Assembly (NCBI GenBank): GCA_020853755.1 | Contig: JADYYG010000038.1 | Span: 4,649-68,648 of the forward strand | From: Dehalococcoidia bacterium | Lineage (GTDB): Bacteria > Chloroflexota > Dehalococcoidia > Tepidiformales > Tepidiformaceae | Direction: 5' to 3' | DNA length: 64,000 nt | Part shown: positions 37,980 to 46,172 of the stretch, piece after piece | Layout: every line of letters begins with the position of its first letter | Numbering within the stretch: position 1 is the first letter of the stretch | Position numbers and translations under genes: made by a program | The notes under the pieces: generated by a model | The model's input: the letters and a program-made list of their open reading frames with translations, nothing else | Databases searched by the model: none | What the model was told of the DNA's origin: nothing

Positions 37980-38579
37980 TCAGGCTGGCACGTAGAGGCG
38001 GTGCTGGCGCACACGGTTCTTTCGCCCGTAGGTGTGGAGTAGCTGCCGGAAGGCGGTCTGGCGCGCCCGCGCGAGAGCGGCGTACCGTTCGCTGGCCTCC
38101 GGTTGGAGGGTGACGATATTCGTGACGCCGGCTGCCAGTTCGAGCGCCGCATAGGCCGCCGCGCCCGTCACCAGGACGTCCGCCAGGTGGTCCGGCAGCG
38201 TCGAACCATCCTCGTCGAGCACGTGCGAGGCCGTGTAGAAGACGCGCACGTCCGCTCCGTCGGGCGGCGAATCGGTGTGCAGGATGAGTGTTTGCGCCCA
38301 GGTTCCGAAGCCCGGGTAACACGGCGGGTACTGTCCGATGGGGTACTCGACCATCTCCACTTCGATCAGGGCGTCGAGCGCGGAGAGGTCGAGGTCGCGG
38401 CTACCCGCCGTGGTCGCGATGTCCTCGGACAGTTCGCGCGGGATGGCAAGGCTCAGGTCGGAAAGCGCGTGGGCGATGTGCCGGTCGATCTGGTCATCCG
38501 GCCAGGCCGTGGCATCGAGGTCGGACAGGTCGCTGCGGACGCGCCCGCGGATATCGGTGAGGGTGGTCATGGCGGTCAC
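37980..38579 (-). CDS. phage-associated hypothetical protein (possible head-completion / neck adaptor)
   Basis: 199 aa. The pattern LTDIRGRVRSDLSDLD..WPDDQIDRHIAHALSDLSLAIPRE ... RLYVPA resembles proteins I have seen next to capsid genes in prophages. The assignment rests on recollection only. Confidence 0.4.
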   Translation of the reverse strand: MTAMTTLTDIRGRVRSDLSDLDATAWPDDQIDRHIAHALSDLSLAIPRELSEDIATTAGSRDLDLSALDALIEVEMVEYPIGQYPPCYPGFGTWAQTLILHTDSPPDGADVRVFYTASHVLDEDGSTLPDHLADVLVTGAAAYAALELAAGVTNIVTLQPEASERYAALARARQTAFRQLLHTYGRKNRVRQHRLYVPA

Positions 38580-38663
38580 CGTAGCCAGCCGCCCGGCGAG
38601 CGCGAACGGCCCGATGGCACGCCCGGCGGTTCCGCGTTGAACCTATGCGTGGACCCTGTGGCG

Positions 38664-39200
38664 ATGCACCCCTGGCACGATATCCCCGTCAACCCCGCAG
38701 ACATCGAGACGCACCTCCCGGTTGTCGTCGAAATCCCGGCGGGCAGCAAGAACAAGTACGAACTCGATAAGCCGACCGGCATCCTCAAGCTCGACCGCGT
38801 GCTCTACAGCTCGGTCCACTACCCGGCGAACTACGGCTTTATCCCGCGCAGCTACTGCGACGACGGTGACCCGCTCGATGTCCTCGTCCTCGGCCAGGAG
38901 CCGGTCCACCCGCTGACGCTCATCTTCGTGCGTCCGATTGGCGTGATGCACATGCGCGACCAGGGGAAGGCCGACGACAAGGTGCTCGCGGTCCATGCCA
39001 ACGATCCCGCGGTGAACCACCTCCAGGAATTGGACGAAGTGCCGCCGCACACCATGCTCGAAATCCGGCGCTTCTTCCTCGACTACAAAGTGCTCGAAGA
39101 GAAGGAAGTGGTGGTCGACCCATTCCAGGGCCGCCTCGCCGCGATCGAGGTCATCCGCCAGGCGCTCGTGGACTATCAGGCGCTCCGGGCGAAGGGTTAG
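38664..39200 (+). CDS. ppa: inorganic pyrophosphatase (family I)
   Basis: ATG at 38664 (MHPWHDIP..). It has EIPAGSKNKYE, YPANYGFIP and DGDPLDVLVL motifs. Confidence 0.9.
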   Translation: MHPWHDIPVNPADIETHLPVVVEIPAGSKNKYELDKPTGILKLDRVLYSSVHYPANYGFIPRSYCDDGDPLDVLVLGQEPVHPLTLIFVRPIGVMHMRDQGKADDKVLAVHANDPAVNHLQELDEVPPHTMLEIRRFFLDYKVLEEKEVVVDPFQGRLAAIEVIRQALVDYQALRAKG

Positions 39201-39292
39201 CCGTCCTTCGCCGTTAGCAAAAAGCTGACAGTTATGCACTGTTCGCTGTACGCTCTGCCGCGCCGGGTGGTGGGAATCTGGCAGGTCAGCAC

Positions 39293-39730
39293 ATGCTGGA
39301 CGTTTTCGCTCGCCGCGCCGTGCGCATCTTTCCCTGCGGTTCCACGCGTTCCCATCACTCCCAGTTTGCGTTGCTCGCAGCGGCGCCGGCCGCGGCCGGG
39401 ACAGGCGGTGCAGGCTTCGACCCGGTGTTTCTCGTTTGCGGCCTGGCCGTCCTGAGCGCGGGCCTCGTCGTCCTCCACGCGGCCCAATCGTTGCCGCGCC
39501 GAGCGCCGGCGATGGCGCTCGCGGGCGAACCGCGCCGCCTGTTCACGGCCGACGAAGCGCTCGCCGAGCGGGACCGCCTGCGCGAAACCTCGGTCCTCGT
39601 CGATGCCCTGGCCGAAGCGGCGGCGACCTTCTACGCCATCGCCGGGCAACTGCCCCAGGACGCCTCGGAACGCGTGGTCCAGCGCGCAGATGACCTGCGC
39701 GAACTGGTCTGGCAGAACCGGACGGGGTGA
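39293..39730 (+). CDS. hypothetical protein (weak call)
   Basis: 145-aa ORF with one hydrophobic stretch (FDPVFLVCGLAVLSAGLVVL) and a helical acidic C-terminus. I recognise no family. The antisense ORF looks worse. Confidence 0.35.
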   Translation: MLDVFARRAVRIFPCGSTRSHHSQFALLAAAPAAAGTGGAGFDPVFLVCGLAVLSAGLVVLHAAQSLPRRAPAMALAGEPRRLFTADEALAERDRLRETSVLVDALAEAAATFYAIAGQLPQDASERVVQRADDLRELVWQNRTG

Positions 39731-39755
39731 TGTGGGTGGCCGCTACTGCGCCAAC

Positions 39756-39769
39756 TGTAGCGTGCTACA
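39756..39769. promoter_or_regulatory. perfect 6-2-6 palindrome TGTAGC-GT-GCTACA just upstream of the dinD-like gene
   Basis: Direct reading. With flanks it reads CTGT-N8-ACAC, one base off the gamma-proteobacterial LexA box CTGT-N8-ACAG. It ends 9 nt before the ATG at 39779, and no SD is visible. Confidence 0.4.
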
Positions 39770-39778
39770 CTGATACCG

Positions 39779-40642
39779 ATGACCAGGAGCACTGATCTGC
39801 CCTTTGAGGGTGAAACTGCCATTGCTCTTTTCCAGGCGAAGCAAGTCCGCCGTATATTCCACGATGATGAGTGGTACTTCTCGATCATCGATGTCGTCGA
39901 AGCTCTAACCGACTCAGGTACCCCACGCCGCTACTGGTCAGATCTCAAGGCAAAACTTGGCCGAGAAGCAGGGGATCTTCAACTGTACGATGAAATCGTA
40001 CAGTTGAAACTAGAGGCTGCTGACGGGCGCCTCCGCGAGACCGACACCGCCAATGCCGAGACTCTCCTGCGTATCATCCAATCCATCCCTTCGCCGAAGG
40101 CGGAGCCTTTCAAGCGCTGGCTCGCTCGGGTCGCCTTCGAGCGGCTCCAGGAGTACCAGGATCCCGAGAAAGCGATCCGGCGGGCAATCCTTGATTATCA
40201 ACTACAAGGTTATGACGATGACTGGATCGACACCCGCATCAAGACCATCGTCAGCCGGAAAGAACTGACCGGCGAATGGGCAAGACGTGGAGTCAAAGAA
40301 GGGCAAGAGTTTGCCATCCTGACCAATGTAATTTCGGAGGAGACCTTTGGTGTCGGCGTCCAGGCTCATAAGGAGCACAAGAGCCTGAAACGGAACCATA
40401 ACCTTCGGGACCACATGACCGATCTGGAGCTTATCCTCACGATGCTCGGAGAGAAGTCCACGGTGAACATCGCCCGGGCTCGCGATGCGCAGGGGTTTCA
40501 GCAGAACAGGGGCGCGGCCACGGATGGCGGGAAGATCGCAGGAGATGCGCGGAGGAACTTGGAGAGGGAGCTCGGGGAGTCCGTGGTGTCCCCCTCGAAT
40601 TTTCTTCCCGACAGGCGCCGGCCGGAACTCCCAACCGAATAA
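39779..40642 (+). CDS. BRO-N domain / DNA-damage-inducible protein D (DinD)-like protein
   Basis: 287 aa. The N-terminal Bro-N-like region is FQAKQVRRIFHDDEWYFSIIDVVEAL. The C-terminal part is collinear with E. coli DinD as I recall it (..KSLKRNHNLRDHMTDLEL..). The gene is clearly lower in GC than its surroundings. Confidence 0.75.
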   Translation: MTRSTDLPFEGETAIALFQAKQVRRIFHDDEWYFSIIDVVEALTDSGTPRRYWSDLKAKLGREAGDLQLYDEIVQLKLEAADGRLRETDTANAETLLRIIQSIPSPKAEPFKRWLARVAFERLQEYQDPEKAIRRAILDYQLQGYDDDWIDTRIKTIVSRKELTGEWARRGVKEGQEFAILTNVISEETFGVGVQAHKEHKSLKRNHNLRDHMTDLELILTMLGEKSTVNIARARDAQGFQQNRGAATDGGKIAGDARRNLERELGESVVSPSNFLPDRRRPELPTE

Positions 40643-40693
40643 GTGTGGGATCAAACATCGGGCGGCAAGGTCGTCGGACTCGCTTTCTCGCCG

Positions 40694-42415
40694 CTACCGT
40701 CGCCGCTTTTCGAACGCCGCCTTCGCCCGCTGGCCGGCCTGTGCTTCTGAGGCGACGGCTTCGAGGGCCGGCGCGTTGATTCGCTCGAGGTAGGCGCTGT
40801 AGCCGCCTTCGAAGCTCCGCAGTTGGCCGTCGCGCACTTCGATGACGCGGTCGACCAGCCGGTCGAGCAGGTAGCGGTCGTGCGAAACCACGATGACCGT
40901 GCCGGGGAACTTTTCGAGTGACTCTTCGAGCACCTCTGCGGCGGGGATGTCGAGGTTGTTCGTCGGTTCATCGAGGACCAGGCAGTTGGCGTTGAGCTGC
41001 ATCAACCGGGCGAGTTGGACGCGCGACTTTTCGCCGCCGCTGAGCCGCGCGATCGGCTGCGAGCAGGCATCGTAGGGCAAGAGGAAGCGCTGCAACTGGG
41101 CCACCGCTTCGCCTTCGTACATTGGGCGGACCTCGCGCAGCGCCTCGACCGGTGTCTGGCGGAAGTCGAGCGTCTCGTGCTCCTGCGAGTAGTAGCCGGT
41201 GCGCACGCTCGGGCCTATCCAGACCTCGCCGCTGTCCGGCTGGAGCTGGCCGAGGACGAGCTTGAGCAGCACGGACTTGCCCGCGCCGTTCGGCCCGACG
41301 ATGCCGATGCGCTCCGCGTTGAGGATGGTTTCGTTGACGCCGCCGAGGACGCGCTTCTCGCCGAACGCCTTGCTGAGGCCGCGCAGTTCGAGCGTCTTCG
41401 CACCGCCACGGCCGCCCGTGCGGAACTCGAGACGCATCTTCCGCCGTTCGAGCACCGGGCGTTCGACCTTGTCCATCGCATCGATCTGGCGCTGCTTGTT
41501 GCGGGCCTGCTTGATGTGGCGCTCATCGATGACGATGGACGCCCACAGCTTGAAGCGGGCGATGGCCGCTTCGAGCCGCTGGATCTCCTTCTGCTGGGCC
41601 ACGAAATCCTGCTGCTGCTTGAGCAGCGCGAGTTCCTTCTGGGTCACGTAGCTCGTGTAGTTGCCTTCCCAGCGGCGAAGGACGATGCCGGCCTCGCGGG
41701 AGTAGTCGAGTTCGCAGATAACCGTCGCCACCTCGTCCAGCAGGTAGCGGTCGTGCGAGACGACGACGACGCAGCCGGGGAACTGGCGGATGACCTTTTC
41801 GAGGAGTGCCTTGCGTTCGAGGTCGAGGTGGTTGTCCGGTTCGTCGAGGAGGAGCAGGTCCGGCTCAGCGAGGATGCAGCGGGCGATGCCGATGAGCTTC
41901 CGCTGGCCGCCCGAGAGCAGTTCCATCGGCCGCGACCAGGCGTCTTCATCGAAGCCGAGCGAGCGGAGCAGGGCCTCCGCGCGGTTGCGGACTGCGCCGC
42001 CCCCGGCCTTCTCGAACTGTTCCAGGAGGTCGGCGTGGTCGTGCAACACGCGGTCGAAAGCGTCCGGGTCGGCGAGGATGTCCGGGTCGGCCATGCGCTG
42101 TTCGGCCTCGGTCAGCGCGTGTTCGATGGCGGCAAGGTTGCCGCTCGCGCTCAGCAGTTCTTCGAACGCGCTGCGGCCGGGCTGCCCGCTGAACTCCTGT
42201 TCCAGGTAGGCGACACGCGCGCCCCGGCGGAGCGTCAGCGTCCCGGTATCCGGCGTATCCACCCCGGCGAGGACGCGCAGGAGCGTGGACTTTCCCCAGC
42301 CACTGGGCCCGACGAGGCCGATCTTCTCGCCGTCCTGGAGGGACCACGAAAGGCCGCGGAAAATGGTGCGGCCCCCGTGGATGCGCGAAATCGAGGCAAG
42401 GTCGGCGACGATCAT
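40694..42415 (-). CDS. ABC-F family ATPase (two ABC domains, no TMD)
   Basis: 573 aa with two Walker A motifs (GPSGWGKST, GPNGAGKSV), two signature motifs (LSGGQR, LSGGEK) and an inter-domain linker. Confidence 0.9.
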   Translation of the reverse strand: MIVADLASISRIHGGRTIFRGLSWSLQDGEKIGLVGPSGWGKSTLLRVLAGVDTPDTGTLTLRRGARVAYLEQEFSGQPGRSAFEELLSASGNLAAIEHALTEAEQRMADPDILADPDAFDRVLHDHADLLEQFEKAGGGAVRNRAEALLRSLGFDEDAWSRPMELLSGGQRKLIGIARCILAEPDLLLLDEPDNHLDLERKALLEKVIRQFPGCVVVVSHDRYLLDEVATVICELDYSREAGIVLRRWEGNYTSYVTQKELALLKQQQDFVAQQKEIQRLEAAIARFKLWASIVIDERHIKQARNKQRQIDAMDKVERPVLERRKMRLEFRTGGRGGAKTLELRGLSKAFGEKRVLGGVNETILNAERIGIVGPNGAGKSVLLKLVLGQLQPDSGEVWIGPSVRTGYYSQEHETLDFRQTPVEALREVRPMYEGEAVAQLQRFLLPYDACSQPIARLSGGEKSRVQLARLMQLNANCLVLDEPTNNLDIPAAEVLEESLEKFPGTVIVVSHDRYLLDRLVDRVIEVRDGQLRSFEGGYSAYLERINAPALEAVASEAQAGQRAKAAFEKRRR

Positions 42416-42482
42416 TCCGTCGATTGTGGCGGATCAGGCGTTCGCGGCGAATCCGCCGGAAGGGGGAGGCTCCGCCGGCGCC

Positions 42483-43496
42483 TCACATTCCGTCATCGAA
42501 GTAGCTGACCTGCTGTCCTGTGCAGTTGTACAGGACAGCGTCGTCGTTATCCGAATTGCTCCACTGGCTTGCAGCGGTCCACCACAGGGTAGCCGGCGTG
42601 TTGGGGAACGCCGGCGTTCCAGACCGAATCTGTACTGAGCCGTTCAGGGTGAAGTTGCCGGGGAAGTCGAACCGCTGCTGTCCCTTCACCGAGATGACGT
42701 ACCACCCAGTCATGTTTCCCGAGCCCGAGACGGTCACCACCTCTCCGAACTTATCCAGACCGGTGATCGTTGCAGTGGCAGCCTGGCATAAGCTGCCGAC
42801 CGTGGGTGTAGGGGTAGCTGTCCCCTGCGGCGTGGGGCTTGGCGTCGCGGTTGCCGTCGGCGATTGAACCGGGGTGGCGGTTCCGGGAACACCGACCATG
42901 CCGCATACAGGCCAGAGGCCGCGCTTCTCCGCCTTCGCCTCTTGCTGTGCCGCCTCGATGCGTGCCCGGTACTTTACGTCGGGAGGGTACACCGCCAGCT
43001 CGGCGTACCCGTCGCGAACGAGGCGCTCGTTGAACAATGCGCCGTCGAGCCAGACGTAGCGCAGGTTTCGCCCGAATGAATCCTTGTTCGACACATCCTT
43101 TTCAAGCGCCACCTGGTGGTTGAGGAGTGCCTCGTTCGTGTAGCCCGCCGCCTGCTTCCCGAAGCATTCACCCGGGTTTATCTCGGGTGTGTTCACAAGG
43201 ATGAGCCGGACACGCCCGGGTTCGGCGCAACCGGCGACGTCGATAGTGTCCCCATCGACAATGTGTGTGACTGTGCAGATGGCCATGCCCGCCGGTGTGC
43301 TGGCGGGCATGGCCGTTGCGGTTGCTGTCATCGCCGGAGTGGCTGGAGGGGCTGCGGAGTCAGCTGCGAGTTGCGGTAGCCGAGCGCGCACCAAGGTGCT
43401 CGAAGCACTGCTGGTTCGTTCGGAGGAGACCATCGCGAGAACGCCGAGCGCGAGACCGCATCCGGCAAGAAGCGCCGCGGAGAACCTGCCGTTCAT
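42483..43496 (-). CDS. secreted thermonuclease (SNase) fused to a lamin-tail-like C-terminal domain
   Basis: 337 aa with a signal/anchor. The SNase core is HIVDGDTIDV..RVRLILVNTPE..GRNLRYVWL. A PT linker follows, then a C-terminal ITGLDKFGEVVTVSGSGNMTGWYV...NSDNDDAVLYN, which is LTD-like. Confidence 0.75.
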   Translation of the reverse strand: MNGRFSAALLAGCGLALGVLAMVSSERTSSASSTLVRARLPQLAADSAAPPATPAMTATATAMPASTPAGMAICTVTHIVDGDTIDVAGCAEPGRVRLILVNTPEINPGECFGKQAAGYTNEALLNHQVALEKDVSNKDSFGRNLRYVWLDGALFNERLVRDGYAELAVYPPDVKYRARIEAAQQEAKAEKRGLWPVCGMVGVPGTATPVQSPTATATPSPTPQGTATPTPTVGSLCQAATATITGLDKFGEVVTVSGSGNMTGWYVISVKGQQRFDFPGNFTLNGSVQIRSGTPAFPNTPATLWWTAASQWSNSDNDDAVLYNCTGQQVSYFDDGM

Positions 43497-43649
43497 AAAG
43501 CCGCTCCGATCTGTACGTTTGTCTCGAATCTATCCCTGCCTGCACTCGTCGGGAAGAGGTATCGCAAAACTCGTCATCGGTTGACGCGAACAGCTATCCC
43601 CGGTGACTCGAATCACGTGATATGCTCCGGCACCGGGTGGTATTGCGAA

Positions 43650-44261
43650 ATGAACGGTGAACCGCGGAAAGACTACGGTGCATTCGACAACTTCATGCGC
43701 TGGCTTGGGCGAACAATCGCTCGGATGAGTAAGCGATGGTGGCGCGTGAGTCCGCGGTGGCGGATCGAAACCACAGCTATCGCCGTGCTGGTCCCGCTCA
43801 TCGCCGCCGCATCGGCCTGCGGTGGGGAATCGAGTTCCTCCCCAGCTTCTCGCGATGAAGATACTTCTTCCGGCGTGACACCCACAGCCCTCGCGTCAGC
43901 CAGCAGCACTGCGACGAGTGCAATCCAGGGCTTCCTGGGCACACCGGCGGCGAGTTCTCCGGCTACAGCTTCCGGCGTTGCCACGGTCGCGGCGACTGCC
44001 ACCACTGTGCCATCAGCAACTCAAGTCCCGGCGACTGCAACAAAGATGCCGCCCACGCCAGTACCACCCACGCCAATACCGCCCACGCCAATACCGCCCA
44101 CGGCCACCGCCACCGCCACTTCGGCGCCTTCGGTGTATTACCCGAACTGTGCTGCGGTCCGCGCGGCGGGCAAGGCCCCGCTTTATCGCGGTGACCCCGG
44201 GTATCGCTCGGGGTTAGACCGGGACAATGACGGCATTGCGTGTGATACGGTCGGGAACTAG
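43650..44261 (+). CDS. secreted/lipoprotein with C-terminal Excalibur calcium-binding domain
   Basis: The C-terminus YYPNCAAVRAAGKAPLYRGDPGYRSGLDRDNDGIAC is the Excalibur signature. It also has a TM/lipobox-like AAASAC, a PT-rich linker and a 15-bp tandem (PPTPI). Start is uncertain: ATG 43650 or TTG 43581. Confidence 0.7.
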   Translation: MNGEPRKDYGAFDNFMRWLGRTIARMSKRWWRVSPRWRIETTAIAVLVPLIAAASACGGESSSSPASRDEDTSSGVTPTALASASSTATSAIQGFLGTPAASSPATASGVATVAATATTVPSATQVPATATKMPPTPVPPTPIPPTPIPPTATATATSAPSVYYPNCAAVRAAGKAPLYRGDPGYRSGLDRDNDGIACDTVGN

Positions 44262-44278
44262 CCGCTCGCCGGTCGCCC

Positions 44279-45052
44279 CTACACGTGGCGGGTGCTGATG
44301 CCGCCGTCCACCGGGATGATGACGCCGGTGATGTAGGCGCTCGCCCGCGAGGAGAGGAAGATGGCGGTTCCGGCCATGTCGTCCGGTTCGCCGAGGCGGT
44401 GACGCGGGTTTGTCGCAATCATGCCGGCGCCGAAGCGCTGGATGGTCTCGTGCATCATCTTGCTTTCGAACGGCCCCGGCGCGATGGCGTTCACGGCGAT
44501 GTTCCTGTCGGCCAGGTTGTGGGCCAGGTGGCGGGTGAGCTGGTGCACCGCCGCCTTGCTCGACGAGTACGCGTAGGTCTCCATCGCCGGCGCCTGGATG
44601 CCGTCGATCGAACCGATGTTGATGACGCGCGCCGGGTCTTCCTGGGTGGCCGCCGCTTCGAGCTGGGGCAGGAGGAAGCGGGTGAGGTGGAAGATGCCCT
44701 TCACGTTCAGGTTCATCACCTTGTCGAAGGCGTCATCCGGGTAGTCGGCGATGGGCGCGCCCCAGGTGGCGCCGGCGTTGTTCACGAGGACCTGGAGCTT
44801 CGGCTCGCGCTTCGCGATTTCGTCGGCGAGGTAGCGGCAGCCCGCCTCTGTGCCGAGGTCCGCGGGGATGGAGATGCACTGGCCGGACTTCGAGAGTTCG
44901 GCGGCCACGGCGTCGCAGACGTCGGCCTTGCGCGAGGAGATGTAGGTCTTCGCGCCGGCCTCGACGAAGCCGCGGGCGATCATCAGGCCGATGCCGCGCG
45001 AACCCCCGGTGACGAGGGCGACTTTGCCGGAAATATCGAAGAGGCGGGACAT
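44279..45052 (-). CDS. SDR-family oxidoreductase (RhlG-like)
   Basis: 257 aa with TGGSRGIG, NNAG and YSSSK motifs. Confidence 0.9.
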   Translation of the reverse strand: MSRLFDISGKVALVTGGSRGIGLMIARGFVEAGAKTYISSRKADVCDAVAAELSKSGQCISIPADLGTEAGCRYLADEIAKREPKLQVLVNNAGATWGAPIADYPDDAFDKVMNLNVKGIFHLTRFLLPQLEAAATQEDPARVINIGSIDGIQAPAMETYAYSSSKAAVHQLTRHLAHNLADRNIAVNAIAPGPFESKMMHETIQRFGAGMIATNPRHRLGEPDDMAGTAIFLSSRASAYITGVIIPVDGGISTRHV

Positions 45053-45143
45053 TGGCGAACTCCTGGGGGCCCGTGCTGCGGGCAGACTGTTGTGCCGCGA
45101 TTGTGGCCGATCCGGGGCATGCGCGCGAAGCCGCCGGCGCGCG

Positions 45144-45171
45144 AAAAGGCGGCCCCGGTACGGCGCCGCCT
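45144..45171 (-). terminator. intrinsic terminator after the capsid-like gene
   Basis: The minus strand reads AGGCGGC-gccgtaccggg-GCCGCCT-TTTT, 29 nt downstream of the stop at 45200. Confidence 0.6.
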
Positions 45172-45199
45172 CTCGTGATTTGGCCGGGCCGGACTGGCG

Positions 45200-46090
45200 T
45201 CAGGCCGCGCGCACGCCGGTGAGCCGGGCCAGCTTTACGCTGTTGAACAGCGCGAGCCCCGCGTACCACTTCACCCGCACGCGGCTGGCGTCCTTCGTTT
45301 CGAGGTTGCCGACGCGGTCGACGGTGAGGCCGCCGGGAGCGGTCAGCCCGCTGAGCGCTCCCTCGCCGAACTGCATCGCGTAGATGGTGCTGCAGTCGTT
45401 GCTCGTGCCGACGGTTTTCGCGTCGCTGATGTAGTCGCAAATGCCGATCGGCACGCCGTCGTAGTACTGGACCATGTGGCCGAACTGGTCGCGGTCCGCT
45501 TCGAGGAAGCCGCCGCTGGCGCGGGCCAGTTCGTTCAGCGTGCGCCGGGTGCGGCGGCTCATCAGCAGCAACTCCGGCTTGCCGCCGCGCACCTTGTCGA
45601 TCATCTCGTCGAGTTTCGCCAGCGTGAGGACGGCGCCGTTCGTGCCCATGCTGACCGATTGCCCGGCGGCGCAGAGCACGTCGATGCCGTCGAAGCTCAG
45701 CGGGTCCACGCCGTCGTCGCCGTTCACGAAGGTGTCGTCGAAGAGCGCCTGGACGGCCTTCGCCTTGAGCTGGACGACCGCGGCTTCGAGGTCCTGGATG
45801 TTCGAACGGGTGGACTTGAGGAAGTTATCGACGTCCGCGTCGCCGCCGAGGATTTTCAGCGTCGCGGTCGCCTGGGTGAAGGTCGGCGTGCTTTCGTCCC
45901 AGTCGTCGCCGACGTCGTAGAAGCTGGCCGAGGGAGCGGCGTTTTCACGGTTGTAGGTCAGGCCGTTGCCGACGATCTCGACGAACGGCAGGCGCTGGAG
46001 GATGGGGCTTTCGAGCGCGATCGTCTCGATCACGCCGGTGAGCAGCGAGTCGTTGCTCAGTTTCGAAGCTTCGACGAGGGTCAGGGCCAA
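45200..46090 (-). CDS. phage major-capsid-like protein (presumed HK97-fold)
   Basis: TTG start at 46090, 7 nt after a perfect AAGGAGG, giving 296 aa. The N-terminus ALTLVEASKLSNDSLLTGVIETIALESPILQRLPFVEIVGNGLTYNRE resembles a recurrent phage MCP family from memory. The upstream 76 aa of the track ORF are implausible. Confidence 0.65.
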   Translation of the reverse strand: MALTLVEASKLSNDSLLTGVIETIALESPILQRLPFVEIVGNGLTYNRENAAPSASFYDVGDDWDESTPTFTQATATLKILGGDADVDNFLKSTRSNIQDLEAAVVQLKAKAVQALFDDTFVNGDDGVDPLSFDGIDVLCAAGQSVSMGTNGAVLTLAKLDEMIDKVRGGKPELLLMSRRTRRTLNELARASGGFLEADRDQFGHMVQYYDGVPIGICDYISDAKTVGTSNDCSTIYAMQFGEGALSGLTAPGGLTVDRVGNLETKDASRVRVKWYAGLALFNSVKLARLTGVRAA

Positions 46091-46172
46091 GTGGGCGCCT
46101 CCTTGTGGGTTGGCTCGATGGTTGCGAGCCGCGGGAGGAACCCGAAGGGCCGGTTGGCACGAACGCAGAAGG

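Noticed and set aside
45200-46090. Capsid-like gene as an encapsulin operon
   Set aside because: No adjacent cargo gene is present; the neighbours are nhaA and an SDR, and the ferritin at 26047 is 19 kb away. The N-terminus does not resemble family-1 encapsulins as I recall them. This cannot be excluded without structural comparison, so it is mentioned only as an alternative.
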